Shown: positions 1 to 16,848 of the stretch, piece after piece
Position numbering within the stretch: position 1 is the stretch's first letter
How the letters are laid out: each line of letters starts with the position of its first letter
Assembly: GCF_009914755.1 (NCBI RefSeq)
Contig: NC_060933.1
DNA: 64,000 nucleotides
DNA from: the human T2T-CHM13v2.0 reference genome, Homo sapiens
Reading direction: 5' to 3' (one strand)
Notes under the pieces: generated by a model
Seen by the model: only the letters and a program-made list of their open reading frames with translations
The model's database searches: none
What the model was told of the DNA's origin: nothing
Program-made: the position numbers and the translations under genes

Positions 1-1987
1 ATGTCTGGCTAATTTCACCCAGAAAATATCATGACATTTAAGCCCAAAGTGACTGGTAAAATCTTTCTCTTTTTGATTAAAACAGCAGCCTTCGATAAAC
101 AACACATTGGATCTTCAAGTCTCTGGTCACTATTCTTAGTTGGTGTTTTGTTTTGTTTGTTGTTTCTTTAATTCACCTTGGGATCCTTGTGCTGTGGCTT
201 TCTCACTAACATTGTCACTTTTCTAAGCCACAGCATCCAATGCAGCTTCCCTCATTATTCCCGGTATTGCTATTTCGTGTCAGCTTCAAAAATGGAAGCA
301 CACAAGGAAAGACATGTTCATGCTGTGTGTGTCTTGGTTCCATAGCCCTTACAGGGTTGATTCGTATGGAAATCCTAACTGTAGGAATAATATTTCAGTG
401 AGAGAAAGATGCAGAAAAATCTTTATTGATGAGTAAAGGGCTAGGTCATTGCATTCACATCTATCCCACTGCAAATGAAATCTACAATTTAAATGGCACA
501 CCCTGTAAATTCAGCCATGAGGATGCCAGATAGGCAGATTCTGGCTGCCCCATTGGGTGTGTCAGATACTTGAATTCCTCAGTTGTTTTCTACCCACAGA
601 GATAGCACCATAGTGTTTTATTTAATTGTTTCCCATAATATCAGCTGCCTGAAGGTAACACTTCTACATATTATGATAAATTATGGAGGATACCATATGT
701 GGTTAGGCTAGCCGTGTCTTAACGAGCAGGTATAGGCAGTAGTTATGTTAATACTTCTCTATCTGTCATTTATAGGAAAGAGTCATCAGTGGCAGCAAAA
801 TTTCTCTGTGCTACCATTCATGTTGTCTTTTACTCTTCTACATAGCAATTAATATAAATTCTAAGGGCCTTTACCTAAGGTGCTCTATTTTTTTTTTCAC
901 TGTGGTAGTGTGTAGGCTAGTTTGTCTGTGATTGTGCAATTTGGTCACAATGTCTCTTTACAATCAACTAAAACACAGCTATGGTCCTTGAGCAAGTATA
1001 TTAAAACAGCAGACATTTATATAATGCACACAACAGGAAGCATAAAAAGGGAAAAGGAAAACATTCTTTGTTTAGATGTATCTTGAAATGTAAGTAAGAA
1101 CACAGTGTGTATTTGATCTCTTTAAAACTTCACATTACTTTGTGTAGTTACCAGCTTGAATTGTAAATGTATTTTTATTCTTATGGAAAACGTCTTAGAA
1201 AAACAATAAATCATGCTAGACTTGAACATGTCACTTTCTTACCTGTGTTTGTCATTTTGAATATTTGTCATGAGTGAGGCTACAGTTTCCCTTATGGGAC
1301 TCATATTTATAAAATTCTGTGCTGTTAATGCAGGTCCTCAAATTAAAATGAATTAGTTTTTTTTTTTAAATAAAATGGGGGTTAAAGCAAAATCACCCTA
1401 GTATACTCACTAGATACTCACTGTACCTCATTGCAATGTGAAATCTCTGTTTCCCCAAAACACATGTATTTTTCTCATTAGAAAAGATATTTTTCAATGA
1501 CTTGGAAGCTGAGCATAAGAGGGAAGAAGTAGTGAAACGAAAGTAGTTTCAGGACCAAGGGATGTCACTTGGGGTTTATTATTTGCCTAGGGATCCACCT
1601 TATATTTTTCTCATCAGATTGCATGCACACGTAAGTTTAATTGTCTTACAAGGCACCCTTATGAAATTTAGCACGTTACTGTCTCCCTGGGTGGGTAAGT
1701 CAATCCACCATGACAAAAGGAGCATTTGAAGAGGCAAGTAACTTTTCAAAATCAATACAATATACCTAATCTTGTTAGGGCAAAAGAAGATCAACTTTAT
1801 TCAATGCTGGATTGAGTAATTAGACAAGAATAGGACTGCAATTTAATTAACTTAGCATATCTGCCTTGTATCTGACATGGCAATATTTCTTGACATATGG
1901 AAATTAGAGACTTTCTTAATTATTCTCCAAGGAGAAAAAACAAAAAAAAATGTGTATTTGCTAGCTACATTTTAATTTTAATTGAAG

Positions 1988-2160
1988 TTTCTGTGATAAT
2001 GGAAATGTTTGATATTTGCACGGTCTAATGCTATAGGCATTGACCATATATGGCAACTGAGCACTTAGTGGAATTGAAAAACTAAAATTTTATTTCATTT
2101 TAGTTAATTTATATTTAAATAGTCACATGTGGCTAGTGGCTGTCACACTGGATTGTGCAG
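1988..2160. mobile_element. MER3-like hAT-Charlie DNA transposon relic
   Basis: tttctgtgataatggaaatgtt...aatagtcacatgtggctagtggctgtcacactggattgtgcag matches the MER3/MER33 pattern. Confidence 0.7.
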
Positions 2161-2869
2161 TTCTAAGTACTAGAGAAGCAGAACAATTTTCATGGAGGGA
2201 AGTTTGGGGAGAGTATCAGAGGACAGAGGAAAAACTTATGCAATACCCGAAAGTGAAACAAGGGAAACAGTAAATAGACAATTTGAGTAGAGCAAATACT
2301 GCATAAAGGCATGTTTCAAAGGGAGAAGAAAGGAATTAAACCAGGGAGCTGGTATTTTTCAAGCCTGGCCACAGGTTTTTAAGCAGATTATTAATTCCCA
2401 AATAAAAGCTTAAGCAGTTCCATCATGCTCCCATCACAAGGTTGTGCTAACTTGACACAACTAATAAGAAATACAGAATTGGTTTTGATAACCCTTAATA
2501 AAGCTATATTCTGTGTACATATATATATGTATGCACATACATATGTGTATAACTGCCTCCTAAAAAAATATTGAGAAAGACAAGTTCTATTTGGAGCATT
2601 TTGGAGGACTAGGTTAAAGCTCTCCATTTATTTTCAACTGGGTTATCGGATCTTGGCATTCCATGGCCAAGAGCAACAATTGCTTCAAACACAGTCCCAA
2701 AATAATGGTTATTTTTTTTTAGAAATTTGCTGAGCAGTTGCATCGCAGAATATTTCTTTTTGGACACAGCATTTTCAGTATTTTGGTATCTCAGTTACTA
2801 TTGATTGCTCTATCCACAGGAAGTTGATGACTAAAGAGAAGGCTGTGAGGATACAAAATATCACAACAG

Positions 2870-2970
2870 AAAAGTTTTTGGAGTTCATCTAATAAGTAAG
2901 TGCCTAGATTCTAGTCTAAGCCTCTCATTTTCCATCTGGGGACACTGAGGCTCAGTGAAGTCAAGTTGAT
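2870..2970 (-). mobile_element. MIR fragment
   Basis: cctctcattttccatctggggacactgaggctcagtgaagtcaagt resembles the MIR core. Confidence 0.5.
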
Positions 2971-4145
2971 GGTGGTGGTTTGTCCATTTAACAAATATTT
3001 CTTGAATCCTTCAGTGGTCTAAGCATCCTTTTCATTTCTGTAGATGTGATAGAGAGCCAAATCTCCCCCTTGTATTCATGGAGCTTACCTTCTAGTGAGG
3101 AGGGACATAATATATACCTAAACATATCCAATAATCAATTTGTTCTTCCAACAATATTTTATTGTTGGAATGCTTATTATGTACCAAACATGGTTCTAAA
3201 AACTGGGAATATAGCATCAAAAACAATAGAAAAGAAAGCAAAATAGGCAAATAACTTGTGCCCTACTGGGGTTTCCAATCTGGTAAGGAAAGAGGAAACA
3301 AACAAGGTAAATCAGTAAATAATTATCATATGTTCAATAAATTAAAAAATTAAAGAACAAAAAGGAGATTCAGGGAGGAATGAAATTTGGCAGACTGGCC
3401 AGGCAAGTTTTACTGAGAAGATGACACCGGAATACAGGCCTTAAAGGAAAGGAGGAAGCACTTCCTTCGATATCTGATGGAAGACTTTTTCTGACAGAGG
3501 AGGAAAAGCAAGTGCAAAGACTCTGGGGCTGAAACATGTCCTCCATGTTGAAGGAACCACAGGAAGCCAGCATGGCTGGAGTAAGGGAAACAAGGTGGAG
3601 GGAGAGTGGAAATGCACTCAGGAAATTAATAGCCCTGGGAGACCAGGTAATGTCTCATTTTTTATAACAGTGGGATTGCTTTTATTTTGATTAAAAAAGA
3701 AAAGTTGTTAGGGGTTTTCATTAGTAGAGTGATGTGATGTATGTTGTATGTAATAAGATCACTCAAACTACTTTATGGTAAACTGACTAAAGAGGATCAG
3801 GGACATAAGCAGAGATGTCAGTGAGAATGCAATTGCAATAATCCAGGTAAAACAATGATGGCAGCAAATGTGGTGAGAAGTGGTAACAGCTTACGTAGAG
3901 GTATATGTCTACATCTAATTGTCTGTACATCAATATCTTTTTAAAGCAGAACCAATATCATTTGTTGATGGGGTTGAGTGAAGAGTATGAGGGAGAAAAA
4001 GATAAATTTTAAAAAATGAACATTTTTGGCCTGAACAACAGAAAAATGGAGCTGTCACAAACTGCTACTGTGTTTGTGCGCATTTGAGTCATGCTGAGTT
4101 ATAAAAAAGAAGAAAGAAAAAATAAGTGGTGAGTGAAAAAGCTGA

Positions 4146-4490
<345 letters not shown>

Positions 4491-5195
4491 TAATATAGAC
4501 CTAAAATAAATTCTCTTCTGGAGAAGGAAGAGTGCTCCAAGGAGAGCATAGAACAAGGGCAAGGGTCATGAGAGAAGAGTTCTCTGGGCATGTTTGAGAA
4601 ACAATTAGGAGGCCATGGTGGCTACAGAGAAGGAGTCAGAGCATCAGTGAGGTAATAGAGGTAGATTATGTGACCCTGCAGGCCATGGAATATAACTCTT
4701 ATATTCCCTGCATGAGACAGGAAGCCTCTGGAGGGTTTTGAGCAGAGAAGCTGATATGACTTGAATATGATTTTTTAAAGGTCACTCTGGATTGCCATCG
4801 AGTGTCAAGACAGCAGAAAGACCAGTTTAGAAGGCTACTTTAGCCATACAGGGTGAGAGATAATGGACGTGGTAGGGGTAGAAATGGTAAGAAATATTTC
4901 TATTCTGGATGTATTTTGAATATAAATCTAACAGCAATTTCAGAAGAATTGATGGTGAGAAAAAGAATTAAGTCATGGATATCTCCAGGTTTGTAGGCCT
5001 AAGCAACTAGAATAATAGGGCTGTTACTTATTGTCATAAGAAGATTGTGGGACAATCAGCCTTGAAGGGAATGATTAATTTGTTTGGTCTTTGACAGATT
5101 CTAATTTAGAATCCTATTAGACATCTACTATGCAGTGTGAGAAGGTAGTTGTTTATAGCAGTTTAGAGTTCATAGGGGAAGTTAATGCCGGAGAT

Positions 5196-5247
5196 ACACA
5201 CACACATACACGGGCGCGTGCACAAACACACACACACACACACACAC
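5196..5247. repeat. Interrupted (CA)n microsatellite
   Basis: acacacacacatacacgggcgcgtgcacaaacacacacacacacacacacac. Confidence 0.9.
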
Positions 5248-5948
5248 TTGCCATTGGCGTATAGATAGAACCAGAAGATGTCACTTATGAAACTGATGTA
5301 TATGGATGTTGATAGAGAAAAAAAGAGGACCAAGATCTAAGCCCTGAGACACTCCAACATTAGATATCAGGAAAATGAAAAGCAAAGTGACTGAAAAGGA
5401 ACAGCCAGTGAAGCAGGAAAAGAACCACAAGTGGTAAACTGGAATCCAAGGGGAATAACACATTTCAAGCTGAAGAAACAGATCAACAATAGCAAATACT
5501 GTTCATAGGTCCAATAAAATGAGCATTGACAATTGACCATTCTAAATGACAACTCAGCAGTCATTGATGACATCTATGAGATCATTTTTGATGTTACAGT
5601 AGGTACAAAATTATAATTTGACTGCTTTGAATAAAGCTTGTCAGTTAGTGTCACTGGAAGTCAAGTGAGTCTTATGAATCTTAGTGCTATACAGTTTCTC
5701 CAATTCCAGCCTGGTCCCCAATGTTTCTATGAAATATTAATGTGTACCCACAGGCATCTATCTACAGTTGATTCTTACAATAATAATAATCTTAACTAAA
5801 ATAGGTTTTGAAGTTATGTAAAAATAATACCGAAAACATGTATAGTTATTATAGTTACATAATATGCCATGCACACCAGATACAAAGAAATCACAGTAGA
5901 AATTGGCCAATGAATGAATAGCCACTTCTTAACTAAAATTCAATTAAC

Positions 5949-6248
5949 TTTTTTTTTTTTTTTTTTTGAGACGGAGTCTCGTTCTTTCACTCAGGCCGGA
6001 CTGCAGTGGTGCTATCTCGGCTCACTGTAACCTCCGCCTCCTGGGTTCACGCCATTCTCCTGCCTCAGCCTCCTGAGTAGCTGGGACTACTGGTGCCTGC
6101 CACTGGATCTGGCTAATTTTTTGTATTTTTAGTAGAGACGGGGTTTCACTGTGTTAGCCAGGGTGGTCTCGATCTCCTGACCTCGTGATCTGCCCGCCTA
6201 GGCCTCCCAAAGTGGTGGGATTACAGGCTTGAGCCACTGTGCCTGGCC
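5949..6248 (-). mobile_element. AluY-like, full length
   Basis: gggttcacgccattctcc and cactgtgttagccaggg(t)ggtctcgatctcctgacctcgtgatc are Y-type diagnostics; imperfect TSD aat(t/a)caattaa. Confidence 0.95.
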
Positions 6249-6430
6249 AATACAATTAATTTTTAAGCATCATTCATCAAAGAAGCAATTCCTTGATTTG
6301 TCTTTGTTTTAATGATTAGCAGTCTATAGTATGTCTTAGTTTGCAATTTTAATATATGTTTGTTATTCAATATTATTCAAAGTCTAATATTTATAAGACA
6401 CAAAGATCTGTGGGTGAAAAAAGAAGTTTC

Positions 6431-6740
6431 AGCCAGGTGCAGTGGCTCACACCTGTAACCCCAGCACTTTGGGAGGCCAAGGCAGGTAGATAGCTTGATC
6501 CCAGGAGTTCAAGACCAGCCTGAACAATGTAGTGAAAGCTCATCTTCACAAAAAATTCCCCCCCAAAAAATTAGCTTGGCATGGTGGTACACAATTGTGG
6601 TCTCAACTACCCAGGAGGCTGAAGTGGGAGGACTGCTTGAGTCCAGGAGGCAGAGGTTGCAGTGAGCTGAGATTATGCCACTATGCTCCAGCCTAGCCGA
6701 CAGAGTGAGATCCTGTCTCAATAAATAAATAAATAAATAA
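6431..6740 (+). mobile_element. AluJ
   Basis: gatagcttgatcccaggagttcaagaccagcc is J-type; (AAAT)n tail. Confidence 0.93.
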
Positions 6741-8020
6741 AACTTTTAGATACAAAACAGTTTCTTGGCATTGAATAGAATAAATCAAGGAAAGATTAAC
6801 AATTAAAGACTGTGTTTTTCAAAATCTCAGAAGCCAAGCGGTCTAATAGAAATTAATAAATAGTTTCTGGAAAACCCTAATTCAAAGGTATTCCATTGCT
6901 GAACCATAGTCTGTTTTATTATTTCTGATGCAGCAGATGTCTGCAAACAAGACTGTTATGCAGCATTAAAGTGGAAAGAAATCATCCCCAACAAACACAA
7001 TGTTTTGTCCAGTATAAAAACATAATTCAATAAAATTATTCATAATATTAACGATAAAGGAAGAAATCACTTAAAAGGACTGGTCTCATTAAAATGTTCT
7101 TTGTGTTAGTTTTCATATCAACATATAAAGTGAATTATTTTACTTTACTTTGTTCTTTTTGATCATAATTAATATTACTTAATTGTTCTAAATTATCTTT
7201 ATAATGTTTCTTAAAAAGCATATAAATGAGAACTCAGTTATTTCTTATAGCAGAGAATTCATCTGTGAGATCATTTATTTCTCCATTTTAATCCAAATGA
7301 ACCTTACATCTCATGAGCTTTGCTTGATATTCTGCCAATGTTTAAATGTGTTCTGTAGTCAAATAAGCTTAGGAAATAATTCCCCACAGCGAGAAGCCTG
7401 AGGCGTAGTAATAGGCTTTTGGCTACATGTTGGTCACCACAAAACAGCACTGGAGGAATTCAGGTTATAGAATTTTGTTAGTATTAAGTGCTTGATTTCT
7501 AAAATTTTTTTTAAAAATCAGACATATTGTTGCACTTACATAACGCAGGCAGGTGGGTGAATAAAGATCAAACCAGGGAATTAATAAATATCAAATTATT
7601 TTAATAGTACAAGATTATTCAGGGAATGTAGGCAACAGTAAATTTTTAATTGGAAAGAAAAATAGAATTTGTAGTTGTGATAAATCTAGATCTAGAGAAA
7701 AACTAAGATTTACTGAAGGTTAGAAACAGAATATACGTATTTAGTTTCTTTTTTTTTTTGAGTTCCATAAATTTATTTCTTAGCAAGTCTATTAAATTAT
7801 AACAAAGTTATGTACAAATTATAATAAAGTACCCAATGAGAGTTTGTAAAGTAGGTCACAATGTAGTTGAAATGTCATATAGTTTCCTTGAAAAATACTT
7901 GAAAATAATACTTCTATACTTATTTAACAGTATTTAAAGCAAGTCTTTAATTGAGTAGCCATAGTAGGTATAAAAGCACTGTTGGAAATGGCAGACAAAA
8001 AGCAAGTAAGTTTCTTTTTA

Positions 8021-8366
<346 letters not shown>

Positions 8367-8436
8367 TTAATTTTTAGTCACTAGGCCAGTCACCAGGGAT
8401 TCTGAGATGAGTCTTCACAAAGAAGATCACCTAGGT

Positions 8437-8620
8437 CAATGGTTCTCAGTGTGTAGTTCCCAGACCAGCAACATCAGCATTGCCTGGGAACCTGTGAGAA
8501 ATGCAAACTTTTAACACCCAGATTTACTGAATCAGAAATTCTGAGGTTGGTAACCTATAATTGGTGTTGTAATGAACCTTCCAGGTGGCTCTGATGTATG
8601 CTAGAGCATGAGAACCTCCA
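8437..8620. mobile_element. MER5A hAT transposon inserted in a MIR
   Basis: TIR-like ends caatggttctca...tgagaacctcca; 8-bp TSD acctaggt/acctagct (8429-8436, 8621-8628); MIR continues to about 8730. Confidence 0.85.
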
Positions 8621-8799
8621 ACCTAGCTAATCATTCTGATCTCATAGGTGAGGAAATTCAGACCCAGATTAGCAGGTGATTTGGGAATATGGATTAAAAT
8701 TTAGGAATTTTCTAGTCTCCACTGCATCAATAATTCTGCTTAGAACACTTGAGAACACATTAGTTTGCCCACTCAGCATCCATTTGGTTGTTTTTATTT

Positions 8800-9357
8800 C
8801 TATTAGAATAATGGTTCTGTTAAAGGACTTCTTACTCTACATTTTTAGGTTCCAAAGAAAAATGGCCATATTCTTGGATCATACTTTTTCTAAGCAAATC
8901 AGAGTAGTAGCAATGTTTGTGTTATTTATTCATATAGGAAAGAGTATGTGACCCAATTATTGCCAGTGAGAAAAAAGGGAAACTTTTGGGAGATATTTTC
9001 TAACTTCTGAGAAGAAATTATGAGAAGATGAAATACCTCTTCTTCCTATGGCATTGCGATTTTTGGGTAGAATGCCTGGGACTCCTACAGCCCTTTTGTT
9101 ACTAAATGAGTGGTTCTAAGGGCAAATCCAAACTTCTGAGAACATTATGATATTTACATGTAAAGAAATTATAATACCCATGATATGACTGAGCTACTAA
9201 AACAACCTGAAACAGTCAGCCAACTATATAAAGTGCCTTTCCTGATATCCATCCTCCCCTGGGATTTTGAATTATTGACATAATAAAGGCCTTTATGGTT
9301 TAAGCCAGTATGAGTCAAAGTTTCTGCTACTTATATTTGAAAACATCTTGGACATAG
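8800..9357 (+). mobile_element. Old ERVL-class solo LTR (LTR16/MLT1-like)
   Basis: aatgcctgggactcctacagcc... and 3' end aataaagg...tttaagccagtatgagtcaaagtttctgctactt...aacatcttgg. Confidence 0.55.
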
Positions 9358-9449
9358 GAATTTTAACACTATCTTATTGGGGCTCCTTAATATCTGGTTT
9401 GCAACTCATATTTGTAAATCATAACAGAAATAAATGCACCATGCTAAAA

Positions 9450-12180
<2,731 letters not shown>

Positions 12181-12476
12181 ACACCCACACATATACACAT
12201 ATCGATATGCTCACATATATATCTAATAGAACACATGAAGTAGTTTATGCAAAATTTCCTTAGATAATGATAGCATTGGACTGAAATAAGGACAACATTA
12301 TTCTGATTGAACAATTATGTCAAGGAAAAAATTTTTAATCCTTGTGAGGCACAGTCACTTATTTTATGTATCACTTTAAACAAGGGAACATGCAAATCAA
12401 GGTGATGGGATCAAAGTGATGACAAAATATAAACTATGACAGAAAATAGCATGAAAACAGTAATATTAACAGACGT

Positions 12477-12593
12477 ATCCTGCAAAATTTGAGCAAATTT
12501 TTGCAAATTACTCAAAAAATTTTGCAAATTACTCAAAAAATTTTGCAAATTACTCAAAAAAAAATTTGAGTAATCCTGCAAAATTTGAGCAAA
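12477..12593. repeat. Three 21-bp tandem units flanked by a 21-bp direct repeat
   Basis: ttttgcaaattactcaaaaaa at 12499, 12520 and 12541; atcctgcaaaatttgagcaaa at 12477 and 12573. Confidence 0.95.
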
Positions 12594-13020
12594 CTTTAAT
12601 AACATAAAAAAGAGAAAAAAAAACACCAAGCTGTAGAAAGATCATGTTATTCCATACACATAAAGTTCAATCCCAAGAAATATCAAGGTCTTTCTTATAT
12701 TTTATTTTTCTCATTTAGCAAGAGAAAACCAGGAGTAGTTGCTGATCTGGGTAATGTCGTACAGAAATTCGCATTCATTTTTTTAGTATCACTGGTTGCT
12801 ATGCACTTTGTCATAAAAGTTTAATATACTGACTGGCAGCAAATAAAAAATTGCAGGGAGCCAATACCATTCCTTCCTCATCTAGAGACTAAAAGCTAGA
12901 CTAAGCCATCCAATAAAACTCAGAGCTGTTCCTTTAATTTTCTCATGAGTCCCTTCAGGTGACTTAAACAAATGGATGTATTTGCACATGATTATGTAAA
13001 GTTAGATAGAACCTACATTA

Positions 13021-13320
13021 GGCCAGTTACAGTGGCTCACACCTATCCTTTCAACATTTTGGGAGACCAAGGTGGGAGGATTACTTGAGCACAGGAGTTC
13101 AAGAGCAGCCTGGGCAACATAGTGAGACCCCATCTCTGCAAAAAATAAAAATTAGCTGGGCATGGTGGCACATGTCTGCAATTTCAGTTACTCCAGAGGC
13201 TGAGATGGGAGCATTGCTTGAGCCCAGGAGGTCGAGGCTGCAGTGAGTTGTATTCCTACCACTGCACTCCAGCCACAGAGCAAGAATCTGTCTCAAAACA
13301 AAAAACGAACAAATAGAAAA
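13021..13320 (+). mobile_element. AluJ
   Basis: J diagnostics (cttgagcccaggaggtcgaggctgcagtgag); TSD core cctacatta on both sides. Confidence 0.93.
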
Positions 13321-13554
13321 ACCCTACATTAATTAGTACCTATTCTAAAGCAATTTTCAATTTCACATACTGTTATTATATACCTTAAGTTGCATTATAT
13401 TTATTTTGTATTCTTATAAAATGAAATATACTGCCTAAAAAATACTTAAGTAAATATATCTAGTAAAATAAAATAGTTGGTGGGGCAGTAGTATCCCATA
13501 ATTTAAACTGGCACATATAAATAGTTTAGGATTTATTTTTCTAAAATATTTCCT

Positions 13555-13951
<397 letters not shown>

Positions 13952-16503
13952 TCAGCTCTTCATGATCTTATACAGCCTATTCATTATAGGCAAGATGAGA
14001 GTTATAAGAACTGGGAGAATCCTATTCCCACATTCCTTCCTTGACCTATGAAATAAGAACTTTGCCAATTCTGCCATCGTGTTAGGCAAGTACTGGGGAA
14101 GAAGCTTCCGCCATTTTCTCCATCCTATGTACTTCCTCGGCCCCACAGGAAGATGGGTGACTTTTCTAATTAGTATCCTGGGGCAAAGGCTACAGCTTGC
14201 AGGTGATCCACATTCTTGGCTTCAGTTTTCTCTTTTTCACTTTCCTTATCATCAGTGTGCCCACCAGGGATTTGTGCTCACTCTCACCACTCCTGCACTT
14301 AACGCAGGAAGTCTGCATGAATTAGAATGAGGCAGCATTCTCTCAGCCCTGTCTTGCTAAATTCTAGAGTGGATGAAAGGTTATTCTCTATGTGGTTCAA
14401 CAGGTAAATCCCTGCTCAAACAAACTCCCAACACTGCTCAACACTCCCAGCAAAAACGCTCCAAGGTCAAGTTGGGAAAGCTAGATGAAATAGGAAGTCT
14501 TACTTTGCTGTCAAAGCCCAAACTTTTTCACCTAATATAATACTAACAATATTTAGAACGTATTTTAACATTTAATATTTAAATTCTCACCTCATTTTTT
14601 GTAGTTGTTCTCAATTTGGTTAGAGCTCAGAAGACAGGAGTGGAATAAATATTAGCACTTCACCAATCCTTAACAAAAAAATAAGAAAAAACATTTTTAA
14701 AAATCTGCCATAACAAAGATATTATGCAAACTCACAAAGGGAATAAAAGTCCCACTCACATAACTAAAAATGTGTCCTAACTACAAGCCCATACAATTAA
14801 AAAAAAATAGTCACACACCCCCACTGGATTTTAATTTTCAGAATATAGTATAAAAAAAGAAAGTTATTTATGTTTCAAAGCATCATTCTGTGGCAGAATT
14901 GTCTCTTATTTGGATTAGTACAAGCAAAACAAGATCATGATCCTTTTTGTAGATTTGTTATAGGCGAAAACTACTTGGTTCAGAAGTACAATTATTTTTC
15001 CCCTTTGGCGAATCAAAGACTCTGCATATAAACACTTTGAGGGTTAAAGCTCCAATGCTCATTTTGCTTTGAAAGCTTCAAGAGTCTTTTGCAGACCTTC
15101 TGCCCATAGGCCAGTATTTGATAGAAACCTTGTGCTTTAGGGAGTTTTAAATGTGTCCAGTAACTTTCTCCAATTATCCCTTGTTGAATTAGCGGAATCA
15201 ATAGGGCACCCAAAGAGGCCCTTGTGAATCTCTGCTTGATACCTTGGGGTTTCTTTTTTAAGTTTCTTAAACCTTCCAGACTTGCTTAATCCTGCGATTT
15301 TCAAGCTAAAATGGCTGTTGTGTGTAATGCATTGTTGTACAAAGCTTTCAAGGTCTCTGATAACTAACTTTCCGCAATGTCCTTTGTTTTATTAACCAGA
15401 CCACTGGGGCTATCCCATATTATGCCTGTATTTGCTGTGCTTTCCCTATAGGCTCAAAGGCAGCCATTTAAGTCACCCTTAAATGTTTCAATTATATACA
15501 AGATCCACTTTAGCTCTGCGATTGTAGGGCCATCAGCCTTTCCAAGAGTTGACATACCTAGAGACCAACTGGGAAGTTGCAGGAGATAATAGTCATGGGT
15601 CTGCTAATTCAGTGAGAAACAACTGTGCAAAACTGAGAGGTATTTTCATTGTATGCTGGTCACCTTTTCTCACTGCCTTGAATTGTACTTTCCTTCTTAC
15701 CTAATCATGCTTAGTGTAGTGTCCTACTTCAGTTTTCTAACATTAACTTGTAACTTAGTAAACCCCAGGAACCCAAAAATAATCCTAGACCTAATATTTT
15801 CACAAAAATGTTCTTCTAGCTTGTAAGAAAAACTTTGAAGCTTCATTTTAAATGTCCATCTTATTAAACCTGTAGATATTTTTGGCTTTCCAGAGAAGTA
15901 TAGAAAATTCTGATAATTACAAAGTGTGAAGTAAGACCTGAAGCAGAGGCTAATGAGAGAGTGCATTAATAGCATACATTTCTTCCTGGTGTATTTTATT
16001 TTTTCTGACCCTAAGAAGCTGCACCTGCGAGTTGGAGGGGCCAAAGAGGGAAATTATTACTTAGATTTTGCTTTCGTAAATGATTTTCTATAGATAAAAT
16101 ACCATGGAGAGCAACTTCCATGATACTTTATACTTATATCTTATGTCAGAGGAGGATATTTGAATGATTAGTTGTTAGAAAAAATATATTGAGGAAAAAC
16201 TATGGTCCCTTTAGCTCTGTGCACCCATGACAATCTACTGCTTTTCCCAAAAATTATTTACAAACTTTATGAAGAGTAATGTTGTAATTATTTACATAAT
16301 TTATATAAATTTTAACTTGCATATTAGTGTAGAGAAATAAATTCTGAAATACAACTGTCATATTTTATATTTTTCATACCCTTTGAGAACTTTGGGACTC
16401 ACTGAATCAACATGTAAAGTATGTGCACGTATTCAGAGTAAGACTGCTTAGCTTTGCTATTCTAAGTGATTATGGATGCTTCTGGTTGTTATAAATTTGC
16501 ATA

Positions 16504-16848
16504 TGTACCAGTCTGTTTTCACACTGCTAATAAAGACATACGTGAGACTGGGTAATTTATAAAGGAAAGAGGTTTAATGGACTCAGAGGCCTCATTATCA
16601 TGGCAGAAGAGAAATGAGGCCCAAAGTCACATCTTACATGGCAGCAGGCAAGAGAGCTTGGGTAGGGGAACTCCCCTTTATAAAACTGTCAGATCTCCTG
16701 AGACTTATCCACTATCATGAGAACAGCATGGGGAAGACCTGCCCCTATGATTCAATTACTTCCACCAGGTCCCTCCCACGACACATGGGAATTATGGAAG
16801 CTACAATTCAAGATGAGATTTGGGTGGGGACACAGCCAAACCATATCA
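16504..16848 (-). mobile_element. THE1B-like MaLR solo LTR
   Basis: tgtaccagtctgttttcacactgct...ggggacacagccaaaccatatca is the reverse complement of THE1; small internal deletion near 16585. Confidence 0.92.

Noticed and set aside
1-900. Apparently unique sequence starting with ATG as an exon or conserved element
   Set aside because: No sustained ORF or paired splice sites; the ATG is simply the window edge, and conservation cannot be assessed here.
12477-12593. CRISPR-like array
   Set aside because: Eukaryotic context, no unique spacers and no cas genes; it is a tandem repeat.
13952-14146. 64-aa minus-strand ORF, or ATGGCGGAAG as a processed pseudogene start
   Set aside because: No recognisable protein family, early stop (MAEASSPVLA*), no poly(A) or TSD.
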